DNA of 39,793 nt from Elusimicrobiota bacterium (lineage in GTDB: Bacteria > Elusimicrobiota > Endomicrobiia > CG1-02-37-114 > JAHJSO01). A program made the translations under genes and the position numbers. Within the stretch, counting starts at the first letter, position 1. Every line of letters begins with the position of its first letter. Positions 1 to 9,353 of the stretch are shown piece by piece. The stretch lies in assembly GCA_043826435.1 (NCBI GenBank), contig JBDRQF010000004.1, positions 1-39,793 of the forward strand. Reading direction: 5' to 3'. The notes under the pieces are model-generated. The model saw only the letters and a program-made list of their open reading frames with translations. It ran no database searches and was not told where the DNA came from.

Positions 1-315
1 GACGCATTTGAAAAACCCGTAAAACCAGAATCTCAAATAACCAATATGATATGGGAAATACTTTTAAAATCCGGATACGATCTGAACACCAAAGTAGAAG
101 AAAAGAAAGTAACCGGATGCGATGTGTTTTCCGTCGCTGACAGTAAAATGATTTTGGCACTTTCAAAGATAAGCGAAAAGGCGATAAAGGAAATAACGAA
201 ACTGAAACCGAAAAAGTTTATCTGCCTTGATTCGCTATTTTCCGGCAACGACCAGTTAAAAACCAACACCGTCCTTCAACTAAAAGACGCTGGAATAGAA
301 TTTAAGACAATATAG
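1..315 (+). CDS. mod: Type III R-M methyltransferase (Mod), C-terminal part, truncated by the window edge
   Basis: Frame is open from base 1 (DAFEKPVKPESQITNMIWEILLKSG...). The C-terminus LDSLFSGNDQLKTNTVLQLKDAGIEFKTI is typical of type III Mod, and res lies downstream. Confidence 0.85.
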   Translation, partial: DAFEKPVKPESQITNMIWEILLKSGYDLNTKVEEKKVTGCDVFSVADSKMILALSKISEKAIKEITKLKPKKFICLDSLFSGNDQLKTNTVLQLKDAGIEFKTI

Positions 316-324
316 GAGAAAAAT

Positions 325-849
325 ATGACACTTGAAAAAATTATTAGTCCAGAAGATGCAAAAAATATTTACAAGAAATTAGAAAGCGAATCACTTGATA
401 TAATGAAAGACCATGCAAATCAACAGGGAAAATTATCCAAGGAATTAAGGGATTGGCTTACAAATTTGGCAACTATAAGTGCTACAATTATCAGTATAAT
501 AATCGCATTTAGGGGAAAAGAGATTATTCAAAGTAAATTCTTAATTATTGCGATTTCTGTTCTTTTAATCATTATAATAATATGTTTATTTCGTAGAATG
601 TACGTCATAAATAAAATGAGTATTAATTTATTCAACAGCCATTCCAAAATACAAAAATGGATTGAAGGTGCAGAGGGCAATTATAGGGAATATGCCATGA
701 ATCCAAGTCAAGATAATTTTAATAAAATAATACAGCAACCTCCAATTCAGGAAGAAAAAATAGAGGAACTGAAGAGTGATATATACCTATTTATATCAAT
801 GTATTTATTCGTCGGGGCTTTAATTTTACTGTTTCTGTCTATTTTCTGA
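325..849 (+). CDS. Hypothetical membrane protein with about 3 TM helices
   Basis: 174 aa with an AGGAG RBS. Hydrophobic stretches LATISATIISIIIAF, FLIIAISVLLIIIIICLF and IYLFISMYLFVGALILLFLSIF; very AT-rich. Confidence 0.8.
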   Translation: MTLEKIISPEDAKNIYKKLESESLDIMKDHANQQGKLSKELRDWLTNLATISATIISIIIAFRGKEIIQSKFLIIAISVLLIIIIICLFRRMYVINKMSINLFNSHSKIQKWIEGAEGNYREYAMNPSQDNFNKIIQQPPIQEEKIEELKSDIYLFISMYLFVGALILLFLSIF

Positions 850-860
850 TTATTGGGGTG

Positions 861-992
861 TTGAACTTTAGGGGCAAAAAAGACCTTGCAGAAATGAAAG
901 CATTAAAGCAAAAAGGTTTAGCAAAAGTAAAGATAGACCAGTTTGTAAATGCAATGATTGACCAAACAATAAACAGGATTTTGAAAAGATGA
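861..992 (+). CDS. Possible 43-aa small basic protein or gene remnant
   Basis: Hand translation from TTG gives MNFRGKKDLAEMKALKQKGLAKVKIDQFVNAMIDQTINRILKR*. It fills the gap and stops 6 nt before the next ORF. Confidence 0.35.
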   Translation: MNFRGKKDLAEMKALKQKGLAKVKIDQFVNAMIDQTINRILKR

Positions 993-998
993 CGAGAT

Positions 999-2180
999 GT
1001 GGCTGATATGTACCAAAAGGAAATAAAACAATTATATTACATAACAAATGTAAAGAATATTCCTTCAATTTTGGAGAAAGGAATTCTTTCACATAGAAAT
1101 GTTTTAAATGAAAAAATAGAGTACCATGCGATATACGATGAAAATATTATTAGTAATCGTGAAAAATGTATTGTTGAAAATCAGAAAACTTTATGGGATT
1201 ATGCTAATTTATATTTTCAACCAAGAAACCCGATGCTTTATAGGGTAATATGCAATGTAAGTAAAGTAGAAGATATAGTAGTGTTAGCAATAGACCATTC
1301 AATAATGAGCGAATTCGGAGTGATGATAAGCGATGGAAATGCTGCAAGTTATCAATCAAATATAACTGAGGTTGCTGTAGGACTAAAAGATATTAACAGC
1401 AAAACAATACGAACAGAATGGTGGAATGATGCGGACGGTTCAAAGCGTAGAATTATGGCTGAATGTCTTGTGCCCGAAAAGATACCACCACAATACATCA
1501 TTAGTATTTATTGTGCCAGTTATTCAATTAAGGAAAATTTGCAAAATATTGTTAAACAGTATAATGAAAGAATAAACGTTATTCCTGAACTTAATATGTT
1601 TTTTCAATCAACAAGAACTTCGGTTATTACCGACAAATTATTTGTTGTTGAGGGCGATATGTTTTTTTCAAGGATGCAAACATTAACGGTTAGTGTGAAC
1701 TGTAAAGGAATAATGGGCAAAGGACTCGCATCAAGAGCAAAGTATCAATTCCCCGACATATATGTTTTTTATCAAGATGCTTGCAGAAGAGGACAAATTA
1801 AACTGGGTAAACCTTATCTGTATAAAAGAGAATCTTCTTTTGATGTTGAACTTGCTGATGAACCTATGTCATTGGTTAACGGAAATGCTGAAACATGGTT
1901 TTTGTTATTTGCAACAAAGGACGACTGGAAAAACAATGCAGACAGAAATGGCATTGAAGAAGGACTGAAATGGATAGTAAATAATTATAAGAAAGAGGGT
2001 ATAAAAACACTTGCTCTTCCTGCACTTGGTTGTGGGTTGGGGAATTTAAAATGGGAAGATATTGGGCCTTTAATGTGTAAATATCTATCCACAATAGATA
2101 TACAGGTAAAAATATATTTACCGACTGAGAAGAAAATGCCCGATGAACAGATAAGCAAACAGTTTTTATTAAGTAAATAA
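999..2180 (+). CDS. darTG: DarT (DUF4433) ssDNA ADP-ribosyltransferase fused to a DarG-type macrodomain
   Basis: N-half has LYYITNVKNIPSILEKGILS, DYANLYFQPRNPMLY, SDGNAAS and KRRIMAECLVP (catalytic Glu). C-half has GDMF, SVNCKGIMGKGLA, FATKDDWK and ALPALGCGLGNLKW. Start is GTG 999 or ATG 1008. Confidence 0.9.
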   Translation: MADMYQKEIKQLYYITNVKNIPSILEKGILSHRNVLNEKIEYHAIYDENIISNREKCIVENQKTLWDYANLYFQPRNPMLYRVICNVSKVEDIVVLAIDHSIMSEFGVMISDGNAASYQSNITEVAVGLKDINSKTIRTEWWNDADGSKRRIMAECLVPEKIPPQYIISIYCASYSIKENLQNIVKQYNERINVIPELNMFFQSTRTSVITDKLFVVEGDMFFSRMQTLTVSVNCKGIMGKGLASRAKYQFPDIYVFYQDACRRGQIKLGKPYLYKRESSFDVELADEPMSLVNGNAETWFLLFATKDDWKNNADRNGIEEGLKWIVNNYKKEGIKTLALPALGCGLGNLKWEDIGPLMCKYLSTIDIQVKIYLPTEKKMPDEQISKQFLLSK

Positions 2181-2190
2181 TTTAAATTTT

Positions 2191-4845
2191 ATGAAATTAC
2201 ATTTTGACCCGAACCAGCAGTTCCAGATTGACGCGATAAAATCTATAGTTGATATGTTTGAAGGACAACCGTTGAGCAAGGGTGACTATGAGTTCTCTAT
2301 TTCACAGGACTCCGGCAGTTTACAATTCAACGAGAATGGCGTCGGCAATAATCTTATACTTTCCGAGAAACAGATATTGGAAAATCTAAATAGCATTCAA
2401 AAGAAAAACGAAATACCAGTTTCTGCGCCGCTGGCGGGGCTGAATTTTTCAGTAGAAATGGAAACGGGCACGGGCAAGACGTATGTTTATCTGCGGACTA
2501 TTTACGAATTGAATAAAAAATACGGCTTCAAAAAATTTATTATAGTCGTTCCCAGTGTTGCAATACGCGAAGGCGTGTTAAAAAACCTTGAAATTACTTT
2601 TGAGCATTTCCAAAACCTTTATGACAAAACACCGGCAACATATCAGGTTTATGATTCTTCTAATGTGTCCAATCTGAGAGGATTTGCCTTAAGCAATGCA
2701 ATCCAGATACTGGTGATAAACATTGATTCGTTTGCCAAGGATGTAAATATCATCAACAAGGAAAACGATAAATTAACCGGAAAGAAACCGATTGAATTTA
2801 TTCAATCCACAAAACCAATTGTAATAGTTGACGAGCCGCAGAATATGGAGACGGAAATAAGAAAAACTGCTATTGCAAATCTTAATCCGCTTTGCACTTT
2901 GCGGTATTCCGCTACACACACGAACCTGTATAATCTTGTTTACCAGTTGAACCCTGTAAAAGCATATGACATGGGACTTGTCAAACAAATTGAGGTTGAT
3001 TCCATATATGCGGAAAATGATTTTAACCGGGCGTTTATTCAACTTGAAAACCTAAAGTCAACAAAAACAAAAACCAGTGTCCAATTGAAGATTGATGTAA
3101 ATACCGAAAAAGGTGTTGTAAGAAAATCCGTTTCCGCGAAAATAGGCGATGACCTTTTTGAACTGTCAAATAAATCGGATAGGTATAAAGATGGGTTTAT
3201 TATAAACAACATTGATGTCGGCGAGGGATATATTGAACTTTCAAACGGCGACATGATAAACAAAGGTGAAACGAGAGGCGGATTGCGGGATGAAGTAATG
3301 AAGGTGCAGATACATAAAGTCGTTGAAGAGCATTTTAACAAGGAAAAACATCTGAAAGAAAAAGGGATAAAAGTTTTAACGCTATTTTTCATAGACAGGG
3401 TTGCAAATTACAGGCATTATGACGAATCCGGAAATGCAGCGAAAGGTAAATTCGCCGAGTGGTTTGAACAGATATATGCCGAACTTTCTTCAAAGCCCGC
3501 GTATAAAGGGGTTATACCTTTCAAAACCGAACAGGTTCATAACGGTTATTTTGCACAGGACAAAAAAGGTATTTTGAAAGATTCATCAGAAAGACGCGAA
3601 ACGCAGGCGGACGACGATACTTATCAGTTGATAATGAAGGACAAGGAAAAACTTTTAGATATAAATAATCCGCTGAGATTTATTTTCAGCCATTCGGCGT
3701 TAAGAGAGGGCTGGGATAACCCGAATGTTTTTCAAATATGTACTTTGAATGAGACAAAATCGGAATTGAAAAAACGGCAGGAAATCGGCAGGGGTTTACG
3801 GCTTTCGGTGAATCAAACAGGTGACAGGGTATTTGATAAAAACATAAACAAATTAACGGTTGTAGCAAACGAGAGTTACGAAGAATTTGCCGGTAAGTTG
3901 CAGAAAGAAATTGAGGACGACTGTGGTGTTGAGTTCACCGGCAGAATAAAAGACAAAAACAAACGCGTAAAAGTTGAACTGAAAAAGAACTATTCGTTGG
4001 ATCCTAATTTCATAGAGTTGTGGAATAAAATAAAATTCAGGACGACTTACAGGGTAAATTATGATACGGAAGAATTGATAAAAACCGCATCAATATCCAT
4101 AAAGAATATGACTGAAGTAAAAAAGCCGGTTATTAAATCGGTAAAGACGGGTGTAGATATGGTTAGGGAAGGAATTGTCGGACATCAACTCGGTGTCAGG
4201 ATCTTCGACAAAACGGATAGTGTGATAAGCGGAATACCCGATATACTTGGCTACATCCAGGGCAAGACAGAACTTACGCGGTCAACAATTTTAAGAATAC
4301 TGAAAGAATCCGAGCGGTTGGAAGATGTATTCAAAAATCCACAGTTATTTTTAGATATGGTTGTTGTTGAGATAAAAAATGTTCTGAACGATTTTATGGT
4401 TAACGGTATAAAATATGAAAAAATCGGCGGTCAGGAATATGCGATGATGCTTTTTGAGGAGAGTGAAATTGAAACATATATTGAAAATCTTTATAAGGTA
4501 ACGAAACAAGAAAAAACATTGGCGAATTATATAGAAATAAGTTCAATGTCTGAAAGAGAGCTGCAGTTTGCTAAGGACTGCGAGTCGAACGAAAACGTGG
4601 GATTTTATTTTAAACTGCCACATTGGTTCACGATAAAAACACCTATCGGGGATTATAATCCGGACTGGGCGCTGATATTCAAAAATGAGAAAAAACTATA
4701 TTTTATTGCGGAGACAAAAGCGACACAGGATGTTACGCAACTGAGGGGAAGTGAAAGGTTGAAAATACAGTGCGGAAAATCACACTTTAAAGAATTTGAG
4801 GACGTAGAATACAAGGTAGTTACAAAATTGGAAGAATTGTTGTAG
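2191..4845 (+). CDS. res: Type III restriction endonuclease subunit Res (SF2 helicase + PD-(D/E)xK nuclease)
   Basis: Motifs METGTGKT, IVDEPQ, SHSALREGWDNPNVFQIC, QEIGRGLRL and YNPDWA...IAETK. Confidence 0.95.
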   Translation: MKLHFDPNQQFQIDAIKSIVDMFEGQPLSKGDYEFSISQDSGSLQFNENGVGNNLILSEKQILENLNSIQKKNEIPVSAPLAGLNFSVEMETGTGKTYVYLRTIYELNKKYGFKKFIIVVPSVAIREGVLKNLEITFEHFQNLYDKTPATYQVYDSSNVSNLRGFALSNAIQILVINIDSFAKDVNIINKENDKLTGKKPIEFIQSTKPIVIVDEPQNMETEIRKTAIANLNPLCTLRYSATHTNLYNLVYQLNPVKAYDMGLVKQIEVDSIYAENDFNRAFIQLENLKSTKTKTSVQLKIDVNTEKGVVRKSVSAKIGDDLFELSNKSDRYKDGFIINNIDVGEGYIELSNGDMINKGETRGGLRDEVMKVQIHKVVEEHFNKEKHLKEKGIKVLTLFFIDRVANYRHYDESGNAAKGKFAEWFEQIYAELSSKPAYKGVIPFKTEQVHNGYFAQDKKGILKDSSERRETQADDDTYQLIMKDKEKLLDINNPLRFIFSHSALREGWDNPNVFQICTLNETKSELKKRQEIGRGLRLSVNQTGDRVFDKNINKLTVVANESYEEFAGKLQKEIEDDCGVEFTGRIKDKNKRVKVELKKNYSLDPNFIELWNKIKFRTTYRVNYDTEELIKTASISIKNMTEVKKPVIKSVKTGVDMVREGIVGHQLGVRIFDKTDSVISGIPDILGYIQGKTELTRSTILRILKESERLEDVFKNPQLFLDMVVVEIKNVLNDFMVNGIKYEKIGGQEYAMMLFEESEIETYIENLYKVTKQEKTLANYIEISSMSERELQFAKDCESNENVGFYFKLPHWFTIKTPIGDYNPDWALIFKNEKKLYFIAETKATQDVTQLRGSERLKIQCGKSHFKEFEDVEYKVVTKLEELL

Positions 4846-4894
4846 CAGGATTGCAAGGCAAACATCAATAATTGTCCAAATGGGAGGATTCAAC

Positions 4895-5221
4895 ATGAAC
4901 CAGCAACCACAACAGCCGCAGCCACAAACGCCTGGGGAAATCCAGATTGAGATTGACGACCAGACGGCGCAGGGGGTTTATTGCAACCTTGCGATGATAG
5001 GGCATTCGGAAACAGAGTTCGTACTGGATTTTATCTTCGTCCAGCCGCAACCGCAGGCACCCGCGAAAGCGCGCGTCCGCAGCAGGATAATTACGTCACC
5101 CCAGCACATCAAGAGGTTGCTCCATGCATTGCAGGACAACCTAAAAAAATACGAAGAAAAATTCGGTGAAATCAAGCCCCCTTCCGCCTCAACGGGAAAA
5201 CAGATGGGTTTCTATCACTGA
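4895..5221 (+). CDS. DUF3467 family protein
   Basis: GVYCNLAMIGHSETEFVLDF...RVRSRIITSPQHIKRLLHALQDNLKKYEEKFGEI. GGAGG RBS favours ATG 4895. Confidence 0.85.
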   Translation: MNQQPQQPQPQTPGEIQIEIDDQTAQGVYCNLAMIGHSETEFVLDFIFVQPQPQAPAKARVRSRIITSPQHIKRLLHALQDNLKKYEEKFGEIKPPSASTGKQMGFYH

Positions 5222-5265
5222 TACGACTGTCCTCTCCCTGTCCCCGCCGGGGATGGACGTAAAAT

Positions 5266-6525
5266 ATGAAAACAGAACTTATCTGCACGGGCAGCGAACT
5301 CCTTACGGGAGAAAAAATAAACACAAACGTCGCTTACATAGGCGAACGACTCCGTTCAATAGGCATTGAACTTGCAAGGGCGACTACCGCGGGGGACAAC
5401 CTGAAAGAGATTACCGAAATATTTTCCGTGGCGATAGCCGGGTCGGACATCGTCATTGTAACCGGCGGGCTTGGCCCGACATTTGACGATCTCACAAGGA
5501 AGGCAGCGTCAAAAGCCCTCAGGAAAAAACTTGTATTCTCCCGTGAGATAATGCAGGAAATCGCCAGGCACTTCGCTGACCGCGGGATGGAAATGCCGAA
5601 AGGGAACGAGTCGCAGGCATACATAATTGACGGTGCAACGCCCATACCGAACCGTATAGGGACGGCCCCGGGACAGATAATTGATTACCGGAAACAGGAC
5701 AGGGAAACACTGATATTTCTCCTGCCCGGGCCGCCGAAAGAACTCTATCCTATGGTTGAATATACGCTCCTGCCCTGCATTAAAAAGAAATATCCTCACG
5801 TCATAATTAAATCAAAGGCACTGCACGTATATGGTCTGACCGAATCAAAGGTCAACGAAATCATAACGCCCCTGATAGAGGCGAAACGCTCCGCTGACGC
5901 CGGACAGGTAACCTTCTCAATACTGTCGCACTTTTCAATCATTGACGTCCAATTCAGCATGCGCGGCACGGATGAACTCCTGATAGATGAGACACTCCGT
6001 AAAATAAAAACATCCTTTTATGCACTCTTGAAGGAAAACATATACGGGGAAGACCACCAGTCCCTTGAAAGCGTCGTCGGGGAGTCGCTGCTGAGGAACA
6101 AGAAAACTCTCTCGGTAGCCGAATCCTGCACAGGCGGGCACCTCTCAAACCGGATTACAAACGTCCCCGGAAGTTCGGCGTATTTCAGGGGAGGCATGGT
6201 GTCGTATTCAAACACATCAAAGATAGACGTCCTTGGCGTTGCCCCGGCTACCATTGACACATACGGCGCTGTGTCGGAAGAGACAGCCATTGAGATGGCC
6301 CGCGGGGTGAAGAAAATAATTACGAGCGATTACGCGGTCGCTATAAGCGGCGTCGCAGGGCCGTCCGGCGGGACATCCCTAAAACCCGTCGGGCTGGTAT
6401 GCTTCGCACTCGTAACCCCCGGCGCAGAATATACCGAGAAGAAGAAATTTACCGGTTCACGGCATGAGATAAAAGAAAACTCGGTAAACTTCGCTCTTGA
6501 TGTTTTAAGGAGAAGAATGGTTTGA
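5266..6525 (+). CDS. cinA: CinA (MocF-like N-terminal domain + PncC NMN deamidase)
   Basis: GSELLTG..NTN, TGGLGPTFDDLT, LPGPPKE, AESCTGG, GSSAYF and GAVSEETA. Confidence 0.95.
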   Translation: MKTELICTGSELLTGEKINTNVAYIGERLRSIGIELARATTAGDNLKEITEIFSVAIAGSDIVIVTGGLGPTFDDLTRKAASKALRKKLVFSREIMQEIARHFADRGMEMPKGNESQAYIIDGATPIPNRIGTAPGQIIDYRKQDRETLIFLLPGPPKELYPMVEYTLLPCIKKKYPHVIIKSKALHVYGLTESKVNEIITPLIEAKRSADAGQVTFSILSHFSIIDVQFSMRGTDELLIDETLRKIKTSFYALLKENIYGEDHQSLESVVGESLLRNKKTLSVAESCTGGHLSNRITNVPGSSAYFRGGMVSYSNTSKIDVLGVAPATIDTYGAVSEETAIEMARGVKKIITSDYAVAISGVAGPSGGTSLKPVGLVCFALVTPGAEYTEKKKFTGSRHEIKENSVNFALDVLRRRMV

Positions 6526-7127
6526 GGATTTTCATCGCCGTTGAGGTCCAGTCCGCCGTCGTCCGGGATGCAATCTACGGGATACTGCTTGCTCTAAAGG
6601 AAACGCGGGCTGACGTTAAATGGGTTGGAAAGGAAAACCTGCACGTAACCCTGAAGTTCCTCGGCCAGACGCCTAAAGAAAATGTCCCTGAAATAAAAAA
6701 AATGCTTGAAAACCTGCTTGCAGACAAAAAGAGATTTAATGTGTCGTTGGGCCGGATAGGCGCCTTTCCCGGCATAACGCACCCAAGGGTAATATGGCTG
6801 GGCGTTTCAGAGGGCGGTAAAAATATGGAAGAAATTGCAGAAGGGATTGACGCACAACTCCTCGGGCTGGGTTTCGCCGGAGAGAAGAGGGCTTTTTCGT
6901 CCCATATTACGCTCGGCAGGGTCAAAAGCAGCAAAAATCTGAAAAACCTTACAGATAAAATTGAAGCAATTAACCGTTCAACCGGCGGGCCGGCAGGGAC
7001 GTTCGTCGCCGGCTATATATCCGTTATGGAGAGCAACCTCTCGCCGAAGGGGCCCAAATACACCGCCCTTGAGAGGATACCGCTCTTGGGAGTCCTGAAT
7101 GAACGCGGCAATCCCCTTGTTTTATGA
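6522..7127 (+). CDS. thpR: RNA 2',3'-cyclic phosphodiesterase (2H family, LigT/ThpR)
   Basis: MRIFIAV start, two HxT motifs (HVTLKFLG, HITLGR), and the usual position after cinA. Confidence 0.92.
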   Translation: MRIFIAVEVQSAVVRDAIYGILLALKETRADVKWVGKENLHVTLKFLGQTPKENVPEIKKMLENLLADKKRFNVSLGRIGAFPGITHPRVIWLGVSEGGKNMEEIAEGIDAQLLGLGFAGEKRAFSSHITLGRVKSSKNLKNLTDKIEAINRSTGGPAGTFVAGYISVMESNLSPKGPKYTALERIPLLGVLNERGNPLVL

Positions 7128-7161
7128 GATTGCTTCAGTCGTTTCGCTCCTTCGCAATGAC
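7083..7161. repeat. REP/RPE-like palindromic element, copy 1 (degenerate left arm)
   Basis: Right arm GAGATTGCTTCAGTCGTTTCGCTCCTTCGCAATGAC at 7126-7161; left-arm remnant ...GGGAGTCCTGAATGAACGCGGCAATC. Matches the copies at 13684 and 27992. Confidence 0.8.
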
Positions 7162-7179
7162 CTAGACGGGTCACATATC

Positions 7180-7902
7180 ATGTCCATACCACTGAAAACT
7201 TCATTTGTCGTCACCAGGTACGAAGCGATAATATGCATCCTGTTAATGATACTCACAGGAAGCATAAATTCTCTCCCCAGAGATACAGGGAGGGCTTTCC
7301 CGCCGCAGGACAGGTACCCCTATTGCATCGCTCTGACCTTTGACGACGGGCCTTACCCTGAATATACGCAGAAACTGCTCTCAATACTTGAAAACGAAAA
7401 TGCCAAAGCGACTTTCTTCGTAATAGGCAGGCATGTCAACCGGCACCCGGAACTCATTAAACAGATTCATGCGGCGGGCCACGAGATAGGCGGGCACACC
7501 TACAACCATCTAAACATAACCCGGCTCACTCCTGATGCCCTGCAAAACGAACTTGAAATGACCAGGAAAGCCATCGCTTCCGCCACAGGCGCCCGCACGT
7601 ATCTGTTCAGGCCGCCCGGCGGGCAAAAAAATGACAGGACATTAAGGTTCGTCCATTCACTCGGATACACGAGCGTCCTCTGGACCGTCCTGCCGAGGGA
7701 CCACGAGGCGAGCGTTACAAGCGAGCACATAGTGAAATACGTATATGAAAGGGCTCACGACATGGGCATTGTCCTGTTGCACGCAGGCAGGCAAAGGACC
7801 CTCGCGGGCCTGCCGGAAATCATTGCGCGCCTGAGGATGAAGGGATACAGGTTTGTAACCATATCCGAACTCCTGGAAGAACAGGAAAAAAGGAAAGGGT
7901 AG
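7180..7902 (+). CDS. Polysaccharide deacetylase (NodB/CE4), N-terminally anchored
   Basis: TFDDGP, HTYNH, FRPPGG and VLLH motifs. The ORF-track start 7099 lies inside the repeat, so the true start is probably 7180 or later. Confidence 0.88.
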   Translation: MSIPLKTSFVVTRYEAIICILLMILTGSINSLPRDTGRAFPPQDRYPYCIALTFDDGPYPEYTQKLLSILENENAKATFFVIGRHVNRHPELIKQIHAAGHEIGGHTYNHLNITRLTPDALQNELEMTRKAIASATGARTYLFRPPGGQKNDRTLRFVHSLGYTSVLWTVLPRDHEASVTSEHIVKYVYERAHDMGIVLLHAGRQRTLAGLPEIIARLRMKGYRFVTISELLEEQEKRKG

Positions 7903-7905
7903 CCC

Positions 7906-8325
7906 ATGCGCATATTATCCGTTGATTACGGCAGGAAACGTATAGGGCTGGCAATCACTGACCCGGGGCATATCATTGCGCAGCCGCTGGAGGTTGTCAG
8001 TCAACCCGGCGTCAACCGGATAAAAGACATTGTGAAAGAATTCAATGTCGGCAAAATCGTAGTGGGACTGCCTCTTAACATGGACGGCACACCGGGCAAA
8101 GATACGCCTGATGTCAGGAATTTTGTTTTAAAACTTACTGAAAACCTTAAAGACGCTCACTGTGAAATAGAACTCTTTGACGAACGGCTCACGACCAGGC
8201 AGGCGGAAAGGGCTCTCATTGAAGCTAATGTCTCCCGTAAAAAGCGGAAAGAAAAAATTGACCGGATAAGCGCCTGTGTCCTTCTTGAATCATATCTGGA
8301 TTACATAAAAACAAAAGCGAAATGA
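7906..8325 (+). CDS. ruvX: YqgF/RuvX family nuclease
   Basis: ILSVDYGRKRIGLA, VVGLPLNMDG, DERLTT and IDRISACVLLESYL. Confidence 0.95.
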   Translation: MRILSVDYGRKRIGLAITDPGHIIAQPLEVVSQPGVNRIKDIVKEFNVGKIVVGLPLNMDGTPGKDTPDVRNFVLKLTENLKDAHCEIELFDERLTTRQAERALIEANVSRKKRKEKIDRISACVLLESYLDYIKTKAK

Positions 8326-9290
8326 AAAAAGGCATACTGATTGTAAACCTGATTCTTTTTGTCGTTGTGGCGGCAATATACGTCCATTTTTCTTCCTCAA
8401 ATGAAGAGATGCTTATAAAAATACCGTTAGGGAACACTGCAGGTGAAATCGCCACGCTCCTGAAATCATCCGGACTGATAACAAGCAGGCATCTTTTCCT
8501 CCTTGCCGTCAGCATAACCGGCTCAACAAAAAAACTGCAAAGCGGGACCTACAGGTTCAGGAAAAACTACAATACGTTAAAAATCCTGGAGATGCTCGTC
8601 CGGGGCAGGACTTACTCCGTGCGGGTAACGATTCCCGAGGGACTTACAGTGCGCCGGACCGCGGACATCATTGAAAAGGCGGCCGCACTTACGCAAAAAC
8701 AAAAAGAGGATTTTATTGAGAATGCAACAAGGGATAAATTGGAGGGGTACCTTTTCCCCGAAACATACTTTTTCCCGGAGGGCGTCACGCCCGGAAAAAT
8801 CATTGAAATGATGACAGGCCAGTTCAACAGGATATTCACACAGGCACTGCAGGAAAGAGCGGATGAATTGCGGATGAGCAAACACCAGGTTATAACACTG
8901 GCGTCAATAATTGAAAAGGAAGCAAGGGTGGAGGAAGAGAGAAAAATCGTTTCCGCAGTTTTCCATAACCGTCTCAAAAAACGCTGGATGCTTGAGTCCT
9001 GCGCCACTGTCCGGTACGTACTGCAAAAATACGAGGGACCCCTTACATACGGGGACCTGGACGCACTTTCCCCGTATAACACGTACATAAATTACGGTCT
9101 CCCACCGGGGCCAATCTGCAGCCCGGGGCTATCCTCAATAATCTCGGCGCTCTACCCTGCGAACACAGACCTGATGTTCTTCTTCGCTACGGGGGAAGGG
9201 ACTCACCAGTTCTCAAAATACTATGATGAACACCTGAAAGGCCAGAAAACCCGCGGGGCCGGCAAGAAGCGAAACGCCGCTGTAAAATAA
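8322..9290 (+). CDS. mltG: Endolytic transglycosylase MltG
   Basis: TIPEG, LEGYLFPETY, LASIIEKE, VFHNRL and SPYNTY..GLPPGPICSPG. Confidence 0.95.
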   Translation: MKKGILIVNLILFVVVAAIYVHFSSSNEEMLIKIPLGNTAGEIATLLKSSGLITSRHLFLLAVSITGSTKKLQSGTYRFRKNYNTLKILEMLVRGRTYSVRVTIPEGLTVRRTADIIEKAAALTQKQKEDFIENATRDKLEGYLFPETYFFPEGVTPGKIIEMMTGQFNRIFTQALQERADELRMSKHQVITLASIIEKEARVEEERKIVSAVFHNRLKKRWMLESCATVRYVLQKYEGPLTYGDLDALSPYNTYINYGLPPGPICSPGLSSIISALYPANTDLMFFFATGEGTHQFSKYYDEHLKGQKTRGAGKKRNAAVK

Positions 9291-9312
9291 GCGTCCAATT
9301 TGGAAACGGCTC

Positions 9313-9342
9313 TTGCCAACCGGGTAAAAAATATGCTAAAAT
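9313..9342 (+). promoter_or_regulatory. Putative sigma70 promoter for DUF502-kinase
   Basis: TTGCCA-18nt-TAAAAT with a TGn extension, 11 nt before ATG 9354. Confidence 0.45.
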
Positions 9343-9353
9343 GAAACGGTAAA

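Noticed and set aside
4846..4894. att site or integrase marking the defence island boundary
   Set aside because: Only a composition shift is visible; no tRNA, direct repeat or integrase, and the other boundary is outside the window.
7099..7179. N-terminal extension of the deacetylase in the ORF track
   Set aside because: It is translated palindromic repeat sequence overlapping thpR.
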